A stretch of DNA of 53,404 nucleotides, the filler included, from Catajapyx aquilonaris (Eukaryota), in the NCBI GenBank assembly GCA_000934665.2. It is 2 parts of 2 records of this genome, joined end to end, with 100 filler letters (N's around TTAATTAATTAA, not from the genome) between each part and the next. Parts side by side here need not be neighbours in the genome. Positions count along the whole stretch, not along the records: positions 26,819 to 53,404 come from JYFJ02005183.1; 1 more part is not named here. One strand, written 5' to 3'. The notes beneath the pieces are model-generated. The model was given only the letters and a program-made list of their open reading frames with translations, did no database searches and had not been told where the DNA came from. Shown here piece by piece: positions 26,819-36,285 of the stretch (the stretch's first letter is position 1; each line of letters opens with the position of its first letter). The translations under genes were made by a program, and so were the position numbers.

Positions 26819-27117
26819 GCCCTTATTAGGGGAGTGGGATACCACTATTTTTGGGAACCATATAATATATATATGTTAATAATTGTTCCGAGGGTAAGTG
26901 TAGGAGGGGATGTGCGAAGTGCAAGTGCGCTGTCGTTAATTGGTCATTTTGTGAACTCCCCCGGGTGGCTTAGTCTATCGGAAATTGCCACCCGAAACGA
27001 AGCCAGAGATGGCCCAACTCTGCACGAAAGAAGGTGGGAACCCCGGGTGGGGATCGAACCCGGGACCTTAACTTCCGTGGGCGCACGCGTTACCGCGGCG
27101 CCACTCCGTCTCCCTCC
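26819..27117 (-). mobile_element. tRNA-derived SINE (second family); 3' end runs into the gap
   Basis: Minus-strand head GGAGGGAGACGGAGTGGCGCCGCGGTAACG…AAGGTCCCGGGTTCGATCCCCACCCGGG with A and B boxes. It shares GGTCCCGGGTTC.A.TCCCCACCCGGG with the SINE at 18815 but has a different body. Confidence 0.75.
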
Positions 27118-27914
27118 AAAACCGCTATTCTTACACACAGCGCATTTGTATACCACCAGCTGGAACCCTGGGCCTGCCCCGAGGCCGCAGTAGGACCGTG
27201 CCACCGTGTCTAGGATAAACATGGAATGAGATACCAGGATAGCAAGATATGGAACTCTTTGAATATTATGAACAAAACATGATCATCACCCAATCACACC
27301 AGTAGTCTCGTAACCTAGGCAACAGTGTGTAAATTCTAAATTGGAACAATAAAGTATATGCAACCAATGTGAGTGCAAGAACACTGACCAAAGTACAGCC
27401 ACCACGTAGAAATGTAATGACACTGAGGGGCTGGAGGAGGAGGCAGTGGGGGGAGGGATGGAGGGAGGGGAGGGGAGGGAGGGGAGGGGAGGGAGAGGAG
27501 GGAAGGAATATGGTTTCCAGGGCAACTCAACAGCATTATTAGAACACAGGGGGCCAACTTCCAAAGTTCTTTTCGCCTCCTGTGGCCAAGGATGACCTCG
27601 GAGGTGAATTCCAATGCGCTAAGAACCTTCCCGGTAAAAAACTACCCCTGGTGATACCCCTGGGGCATATGTGGAGGCCTCCGTATGGATCTGTTTAGGT
27701 CACAAAAGAGAGACAGACAGATATAGGTCTTGAAATATGTATTAGATTACCAAGGTAATTACTGTACTTAGCTACCACATACTTGTCTCTAGACACCCGA
27801 GAATAATAATGCCAGGCAGTTTCTGTTGCATTTTCTGGTCACATGGCCAGTGACAAGCGGGAAAAATATTAGTTCTCGAATATTGACAAGGGGGCTATAA
27901 ATAAATTTATATAT

Positions 27915-28202
27915 TATATATTATTATTATTGTTATACTAGGGTCAATTCATACACCTGTTCTTGAGAGAGAGTAAAATTAAAACGGTTTACTGGTATAG
28001 AGAATAACTGGGGACTGACCTTTACCGTGATGGATTTTGATTGTGGGAGGAAACGGGAGAACCCCGAGAAAACCCACGCAAACACGGAGAGAACCCATCG
28101 AAACTCTATCCACATAAGTATCCTCCGTCCGACCAGGGGATCGAACTCGGGACCTTAGAGGTGGAAGGCTGCGGCACTAACCACTGCGCCACCGTGTCGC
28201 CC
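27915..28202 (-). mobile_element. V-domain SINE (V-SINE-like), copy 1
   Basis: Minus strand: tRNA head GGGCGACACGGTGGCGCAGTGGTTAG…GAGTTCGATCCC, then GAGTTT…GTTCTCTCCGTGTTTGCGTGGGTTTTCTCGGGGTTCTCCCGTTTCCTCCCACAATC, which matches the conserved V core. Simple-repeat tail. Confidence 0.8.
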
Positions 28203-28453
28203 TATTTGCCCCTGTGAAATAGATGTGACTTACGGTGGCATCCGGATCGCGATCCGGATTCCCAGCCAGACCACAGCCGCCCAGGTGCGGGCTAGACTAC
28301 AAAGGATCCACCACCTGTCCTTGACCTTGCCATGACCCGGCTCCCGAAAGGACTGGTGGCATCCCGGCATGGTGGACGACAGTTGCTATTTAGATATCTG
28401 TCACTTTTCTGGTGCATGAGCGACATGTAGTTGCAACAAATATAATCAATATA

Positions 28454-28868
28454 GTAAGTAAATAAGTAGTAAGTAAGTAAGTAATAATTTATTTCCCCTT
28501 ACACTTTTGGTGTTTTTGGGAGACTTCTCAGTTATACTCATACATCAGCTTTCGCTGCAATTCGTATGATTACAATACAATGTCACAAAAGTTAAGATAT
28601 TTTCACTATCGCTAAAAAAATGTACAGAATTTGGACAGCCTGTAGTGGCATTGATCCAAATAAAGTATGCACTTTATCCTTTGGTACCTTGGGAAATTGT
28701 AGTTGGTCATCCTTATTGATTTGAAAAGAGGACATTCATATAATATATTATATGGTATATTGACCCTTCCTCTTCATAATTGCATATAAGGTGCATGTCG
28801 TCTCTCGTGGAAAGCTCATTTTATACTCTTTTACATACCATGCTAATGAAAAATTTCTAAGGTTACTG
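28454..28868 (-). mobile_element. 5'-truncated non-LTR retrotransposon (LINE) 3' fragment
   Basis: 11-bp TSD TAATCAATATA (28443-28453 and 28869-28879). The element is absent from the duplicated unit, which has an empty site near 35956. The minus strand carries a degraded CCHC knuckle (TCTL.CNYEEEGSIYHII.ECPLFKSIR, with small indels), AATAAA and a (TTAC)n tail. Confidence 0.85.
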
Positions 28869-29203
28869 TAATCAATATAATGAGCGGTGAAGGATTTGAA
28901 TATCTTATGTCAAGCGGGAAGCATTAGGTTGCATATCGCCTTCTAAAATCTAGTTTCCAGAAACAGTGGACTGCAAACTGCAAACTGCAATATTCCATGC
29001 CTGAGGCTCCTGAATAAATTAGGTAGTAAAATGGGTCTTGTGCCCAGGTTAGGCAGATAAACAAGAGACCAGATAGGGACACGTGTCGCCGACATTCAGC
29101 AAGCGAATTTTTATTACATGAGCTAGAAGTTCACGTGAAAAGCATGCAACGTGTAGGTTACCAGAAGGTTGTCAGGAGCTGTCTCCGCCACACGTCCTGC
29201 GTG

Positions 29204-31471
29204 ATGCTGGCCATTCTCCAACTGCTCCTGGGCATCCCACTGTTGGTCACTGGACTTCTCATTGTTACTCACAGCGACAATGACGAAGCTGCAGGACTGG
29301 TGTCTTCCATGGTGAAGCAAATCCACGCGGAGAAGGAAGATTGCCTCCTGGTCTTCGGCCACGACTACGAGAGACTGCCCTGGGGGATGAGGGGGCTGTT
29401 GAGAGACGTGTCCGACCGAGGAGGAACCTCCGCGTCCATCCGGTGGACACGGGACACTCCGGCCCCAAGACCCAACCCTGGTAACTTGGAAGGAGGCTTC
29501 GAGTACTGGTTCTCATGGCTGGAGAGACCAACGTCCAGGTTCATCAGCAGAACCTGCTCTCTCTTCTTCTTCGCCTACCACCACCCCAACCTGATGCCCC
29601 TGGTCAAGCACGTGGCCAGTCTGGTCAGGATGAACCCTAGGGCGGACCGATTCGTCTTCTTCACTCCAAACTCGGACGTGGACCTCGCACTCACCCACAC
29701 CGACTTGGACTTTCGCTTCAAGATGGGCCTCAGCTACGACGCAGCTTCGCGGTACCTGGACATCAGAAACCTTTGCCAGTTCTGCGAAGGAGGCAATCCC
29801 AAAATCATGGCACGTGGAAGGCACCTGGGTCAGCAGGTGTCCTCTGAATATTTCCCAGACTACACTAACGACCTGCATGGAAAGCATATAACCATAGCTT
29901 ACATACTTTTGACATCCAAGGAAAACGTCACGTCCATGGTGCGGGACGGCCGACCTGTCTTTCCTTACTTACTGAAGTATGTGTTATGCGGCGACGTATT
30001 CAACTTTGACTGGCACACGCAGACTTACTTTGTACCAGATGGCGCACCTGCGGTGCTACCGGACGGAAACTACACCGGTTTGGCCGGAGCCCTGCAGAGA
30101 AAAGAGGTCATGCTGAGTCCCATGTTCTGCTCAGACGAGGCCATGAAGGTACTGGACCATCCCGCATGCATACTCCAAATCATGAACACTTACGCTATGC
30201 GAATCCCTCGACTTATGTTCTCCTGGACAGCAGTCTTCAGGCCGTACACCATGGGGATGTGGGCTGCCATCTTCGTTACTGGTCTAGTGGTCAGCCTGTC
30301 TTTCTATCTGATCCTCAAGGCCTCCTCATCATTTGGTAATCCGTTTCCTGATGGTCGGAGACACCCTACACATCTCAGCCTGTATTCATTGAGGTACAGT
30401 CTATTTACTTGGTTTGCGTCCTACTTTTTAGTTTGTATCATGCACTATATCTGTTTATTCCTTCGCCTACTAATTCATTTCAAGGATGCAGTCAACTTAT
30501 TTGACAACCAAATTGCACAAGCACTGAACAGGCCAGGAACAGGCCTTTTGAATTCTTACTTTCAACCTGCTGTCAGTTTCTATTGTGTGTGTGCACCTTT
30601 TCAGCATAGGGCACAAGAAAAACAGTAGGTACTTGTCATTTGTATCAATGAACGTATTGTTTTGACCATTCTCAAGAGATATAATAATATCGTGCGTAAT
30701 TGGGCGTAATTATTTGTGTCATAATTATTATAATTTTCTCCCAGATTTTCCTTTTCGGCTATGATCGAGGAGAATCCCGACCTTATTCCGACGTCAACTC
30801 CTGTTCGTGTGCTGGTATGTCTCTGGGCCCTCATGTGTGATATTCTAGTCTGCGGATACGAGGCCAAGTTCTTCGCCTTTCTGGTGTCGCCAGAAGAGGA
30901 GAAGCTTCCGATGAGCATTAAGGAACTGGTGTCCACTCCCGACTGGGAGCGGGGGGTAATGCATGTTGCATATGATTACATACACTTGATGGTGGATTTG
31001 TCAGAAGTCGATTACCACAGCGATCTAAAGGCTTTGCCAAATGCCGGGGGAATGATGGAATGCATGCAGAGAGCGATGAGAGAAGACTTTGCTTGCTTCT
31101 CTGTTGATATCTTATTGCAAGCCATTACTACTCAATTGATGGATTTAGACGGAGTAATCCCTGCCGTCATAGTCCCTGACACTTCCCTTTCATGCCAAGC
31201 AGGTTTCGGCACGGTAAAGTATTCAATCATGGAGAACGGCTTTAAAAAATACGAATATATTTTTGATGCGGCTGGCTTATACCCACATTACTATTCCCAC
31301 TTTGTGGAAATTTTTAAGTTGCTTGCCCTGAGATCGGCCCGGGAGAACAACCTCTATTACAAGCCCTCTATGGCTTTGAAGATAAGCCAGTTCACGACCC
31401 CTTTTGGGGCGCATGGCATCATCATGGCCTTTGCTTTTGTGGTCTTCATTTGGGAGCGGTTGAAACATTAA
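29204..31471 (+). CDS. Divergent ionotropic receptor (IR, variant iGluR chemoreceptor); intact, 2 exons join(29204..30393,30745..31471), 638 aa
   Basis: Signal peptide MLAILQLLLGIPLLVTG, S1 lobe (DGNYTGLAGALQRKE), M1 (VFRPYTMGMW…), pore/M2-M3 region (PTSTPVRVLVCLW…GYEAKFFAFLVSP), S2 lobe and a final TM. A phase-2 GT-AG intron joins the two ORFs in frame. An upstream in-frame ATG at 29144 is an alternative start. Confidence 0.9.
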
Positions 31472-31499
31472 CAAAATGTTAAACTTATTATTATTATTA

Positions 31500-32590
31500 A
31501 AATTAAAGCTCAAAGATGGCGCCCAAAACATTGATTTTGATTTTGGTCATGAATCGACCCCTACGATTTATTTTGAATGGCACTTAAAATGACAAGGGCA
31601 ATGTTTACTTGACATTTCCGAAAAATCTGGAGAACCCTTTTTCGATATTTTCCGACAATAATAACTTTTTTGGTTTCAAACGCGTCCCATCAGTCTGGTC
31701 ACCTCATTTGAGTTGACCATAACTAGGAGAAGGTCAGGTCAAATCTTATATTTGATATGCGTATTCGGAAGGTATTTTTTTATGCCCCAGGAGATGGTCA
31801 TACTCAAAATGGAAAAATCCAAAAACTTTAAATCAAAGATGATGGCCAATTTTTGATTTTTGAAATTAATCAATAGTCGACCCCTACGCTTTCTATTGAA
31901 TGGAACTTAAAATGATCAAGGTTATGTTTACTTGAGATTTCCGCAAATTCTGGAGAACCCTTTTTTGATAATTACCAAATATAAAAATATTTAAGTTGAG
32001 AGACGCGTACCGTAAATGTAGTCACCTCAATTATTAATAAAATTACTCCAAATTTGTTAGTTAAAACTTCATGCTACACATCGTGAGAATGCCTGAATCT
32101 AGCACTAATAGCAATAATTATTAATAAATACCGATTTTAGTGACATACTGAAACGATAAGTCTCAAAGTTAACTGAGACGAATTAGGTATTTATTATATT
32201 TATGTAGAGTGATAGAATGAGGCATTATCATGATGTGCAACATGAATATTTAAGGCAACATATCTGGAGTAATTTTATTGCTAATTGAGGTGACTACAAT
32301 TACGGTACGCGTCTTGCAACTATTGTAATATGGTTTTATATTTGGAAAATATCATAAAGGGGTTCTCCACATTTTGCGTAAATCTCAATTAAACATTACC
32401 CGGATCATTTTAAGTGCCATTCAAAAGAGATCATATGGGGCCATTAAGAAGTAAAATCAAAATCAAAGTTTTGAGCGCCATCTTTGACTTTAAATTTTCG
32501 GATTTTTCAATTTTGAATATGACCATCTCAAAGAGCGTAAAACGGCCCTTCGAATGCACATCAAATATTATATTGGACCTGACCTTCTAG
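31500..32590. mobile_element. Foldback-type element with long imperfect inverted arms and an internal tandem unit
   Basis: Arm ~31722-32098 is the reverse complement of ~32216-32590 (for example AGAAGGTCAGGTC / GACCTGACCTTCT and GGAGAACCC / GGGTTCTCC). 31500-31710 is a direct repeat of ~31826-32030. Non-coding. Confidence 0.75.
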
Positions 32591-33377
32591 GAGCTTTGGC
32601 CATCTAAGTCACAGCGAACGTAGCAAAAATGACCAAAAACTGGCACATTTGACACCCTGTAGTCACGCAACCACGCAACGCAGAGGGATAATAATTTGGA
32701 TTCCTGCATAGGTCGATGAGTAGTACATGTCACTAAATCTTGGTCAAGGTACTCATCGATTTGTAGGAAGATCAATTATCTCGTGTGACAGTTGCTAATT
32801 CCTGGTCAACTCTCTCATTAACTGGTCATGATTTTTTTGGCCTGGCTTGCTTACAGACACTATCTTACACCTGGCCCACAATGATCAGACATTGACAACA
32901 AAGCACTTGCAAGGAATCTTCATGACAGACAACACTTGCATTGATTGCGCACCGCTCATTCATGTCAGCACAAAACCAGAGTTGGCGAGGATATGGACGG
33001 GAAAATGAATCATATAGGCCATAGGGGATTCTCGGGATTATGGGAGTACAATATCAACATAAAAAATGAGGGTAACTTTCAAACACTGAGAATTTCCCTT
33101 GACTGGGCCAGAAACCTTTGTTACACCCTGTATTAAATGGAAGAATGCGAAGCGTATAAAAATAGGGTCAGTTATCATAATAATTTTTCCGTTTGAGGAA
33201 GTGCCTGAAAATATGGCATGTTGGTTATCATCCAGCCCGTGTTCCCGTCAGGTGCATGATATGTGAACTTTGGGGTATACCAAAATGTTTGTCATGTCTT
33301 TTACATAGTTGCTAGGTGTTTAGGTCAAAAATGACAAAAAGGTCAGTTATCATGTTTTTCCACCACATCCCCTCAAA

Positions 33378-33585
33378 TGTAGACGCCCAGAAACGTTGGC
33401 TGGTGGTTGCCAAAGTTGCAGGACATGCGCGGTGATAATCACTTCTGCGAAAGAGGTGACCTCGCAAATCCCAACAGTCGAGATTTTCACACTCATATCC
33501 TGCTCCTTCGGCAACAATTGACCAATGTTTCTGGTCAAGGTTGCGTCCTCGACATTTCTCCCCCATACATTTTCGACTTGGCTCA
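33378..33585. repeat. Internal fragment of the MITE found at 38680-38997
   Basis: AATGTAGACGCCCAGAAA…CATTTTCGACTTGGCTCAA aligns to ~38748-38964 but lacks the termini. Confidence 0.8.
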
Positions 33586-34759
33586 ACAGCTAGTGACAAT
33601 ACTCTTCACTTTGCACATCCCCTCCTGTCATCCTGCCCGTGGGCCCGGGCACCATGTACTGAACAACTCAAAATACAATAAAGGTCCATGCGATATACCC
33701 CGGAAGGGGTGAAAGCATTACCCACAAATTATTGTTATTATTATTATTACTATTAGGGAATTGTTGAAATTCAGATTGAGCAAGCGAAAGATTGTTGCGA
33801 ACACTCTCTTCCTCCAAGTGAACACAATACCTGGTATAATTCGAAGCTTCTTCATGTGCACCTTTTAAACCCCCTTTAGACCGCTATTAAGAATAATTCC
33901 ACAATAATATTAATTTTTTGTTATCCGACCATTCAGAAAGTTACGGATAAAGCTTTTATTTTGCCCTTCAGTATCGGCCCCGCCAATCCATGCAAATGAG
34001 AAGACATTTGCCCTCAGCAGATAGGATATCAGATTTGATCTAATAAGATCGACCTTATTCGCTGGGGAGACCACTGATTTAAACATGTCATTCTTATCAT
34101 GTACGAGGGCCGTTCAATAAAGAATGATCATGATTTTTAAAAATGAGAAAGTGTAGGAAGTTAGTACTATCGTGATAGTTATTTTTGGTTGAAGGAATGC
34201 AGCCCCGCGAAAATTTCTACAGAGCTATGAAGAACTTGCAAACTAATTAAAAGCGACGTTTATAACTCCAGGGTTCACCAAGCCTCGAAGAATATATTAT
34301 TTATATCATGGTAATTACCAAGGTAATTACTGTACTTAGCTACCACATACTTGTCTCTAGACACCCGAGAATAATAATGTCAGGCAGTTTCTGTTGCATT
34401 TTCTGGTCACATGGCCAGTGACAAGCGGGAAAAATAGTAGTTCTCGAATATTGACAATGGGGCTTTAAATAAATTTATATCGAGTCTTGGACACAACTTT
34501 TTGTACAAAATTGTACCGGAAATTTGATTGCTACCTATACCACTCCGGCCAATCAAACCAAAATAATTTGCAAGTTGCAAAAATAATATTAACCTACGTA
34601 CGCGAAAGAGTGCGAATAGCTCCAGCACTAAAAGGTCCAGAATCCCATCAATAGTTGAGTGCTTCAGACACAGATGGGGCGACATTTCACTTCCAGAATA
34701 CCTACAGTTTTAATTTTTCTGTCTCTCAAGAACAGGTTTATGAATTATTGACCCTAGTG

Positions 34760-35156
34760 TGACAGCAACAACAACAACAACAACAATAATAATAATAATA
34801 ATAATCATCATCATGATTATACTAGGGTCAATTCATAAACCTGATCTTGAGAGACAGTAAAATTTAAAATGTGGAGGAGATTAGCTAAGCTCACGCGTGA
34901 GCTTAGCTAATCTCCTCCACACACGCGGGGGTTGCAATCAATGTACTGGTATAGTGAGTGACTGGGGGCTGGCCTGTACCGTGATGGATTTTGATAGTGG
35001 GAGGAAACGGGAGAACCCCGAGAAAACCCACGCGAACACGGAGAGAACCCATCGAAACTCTATCCACATAAGTATCCTCCGTCCGACCCGGGGATCGAAC
35101 TCGGGACCTTAGAGGTGGAAGGCTGAGGCACTAACCACTCCGCCACCGTGTCGCCC
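34760..35156 (-). mobile_element. V-domain SINE, copy 2, at the same position within the duplication
   Basis: Near-identical head and V core to 27915-28202, with the same 5' flank. Compound (CAA)n(TAA)n(CAT)n tail. Contains an extra 52-bp palindrome. Confidence 0.8.
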
Positions 35157-35422
35157 TATTTACCCATGTGAAACAGATGTGACTTATGGTGGCATCCGGA
35201 TCGGGATCCGGATTCCCAGCCAGACCACAGCCGCCTAGGTAGCTAGACTACAAAGGATCCACCACCTGTCCTTGACCTTACCTTGACCCGGCTCCCGGAA
35301 GGACTGGTGGCATCCCTGCATGATGGAGCGAATCCACACGGGAGAAGGAAGATTGTCTCCGATTTTAATATTGCTGCCACATACATTGAATTTAATTAGA
35401 CATTCAAAGACTTTAAGGCCCC

Positions 35423-35540
35423 TAGTCTGATGACCCCGGGTAAGCTATCCCGGGGGCAATCACCATGGCAGCATATGTAAAAGGATAGCAGTAAACAACC
35501 AGTTACCCCAGGGGGCAAGCTACCCCGGGTCACCAGACTA
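35423..35540. mobile_element. 118-bp MITE-like element
   Basis: TIRs TAGTCTGATGACCCCGGG / CCCGGGTCACCAGACTA, with TAG…CTA termini. Not present in duplication unit 1. Confidence 0.6.
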
Positions 35541-36285
35541 TATACCTAAATCATTCTAGTCATTGATACAACTTATCTATAACAAAAATAGTTCATAAAT
35601 ACATAGCTAGACACCAGTCTGAACTATTATTGTATTTATCCTGAAACCCGGTTCTAGGCAGGTTCGTCAGGAGACTCTAGGTACCCGGTTCCACAAAGTT
35701 ATTTAGATCCTATACGTATCAGGAGCAGTTTTTGAGGCACAGTGTGAATCCAGTATTTTTCATACATAGCTCATGCACCAGAAACGTGACACATCTCTAC
35801 GTAACCACTTTCGTATGGGTCGTTTTTCACTTTGACAGAAACTGCCACGAGTGATCCTCACAGTGGCAAAATACAGTTCATATACTAAAGTGGTTATTTA
35901 GAGATCTGTCACTTTTCTGGTGCATCAGCGACATGTACTGTACTTGCAACAAATATAATCAATATAATACGCGGTGAAGGACTTGAATATCTTATGTCAA
36001 GCAGAAAGCATTAGGTTGAATATCGCCTTCTGAAATCTAGTTTCCAGAAACAGTGGACTGCAAACTGCATAATATTCCATGCCTGAGGTTCCTGAATAAA
36101 TTAGGTAGTAAAATGGGTCTTGTGCCAAGGTTAGGCAGATAAACAAGAGACCAGAGAGGGACACGTGTCGCCGATATTCAACAAGCGAATTTTTATTACA
36201 TAAGCTAGAGGTTCACATGAAAAGTGTGCAACGTGTAGGTTACCAGAAGGTTGTCAGGAGCTGTCTCTGCCACACGTCGTGCGTG

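Larger units (their letters stand above)
27746..31465 (+). repeat. Segmental tandem duplication, unit 1 (IR gene plus upstream region)
   Basis: Alignable from ATTACCAAGGTAATTACTG (27746 vs 34314) to …TTGAAA (31465 vs 38603), including the SINE, upstream region, exons and intron. Confidence 0.93.

Noticed and set aside
27425..27507. G-rich purine tract (Pro-rich ORF, G-quadruplex potential)
   Set aside because: Low-complexity sequence with no further support for function.
29123..29887. Antisense ORFs over the IR genes (also over the GR, F-box and GPCR exons)
   Set aside because: They are shadows of GC-richer coding sequence with no independent motifs.
30394..30628. Hydrophobic C-terminal extension of the 497-aa ORF
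   Set aside because: This is read-through into the intron. Splicing 30393 to 30745 restores the IR pore region, and the paralog's intron is not open.
34102..34130. Mariner-like TIR start (TACGAGGGCCGTTCAATAA)
   Set aside because: No partner TIR or transposase was found; too short to call an element.
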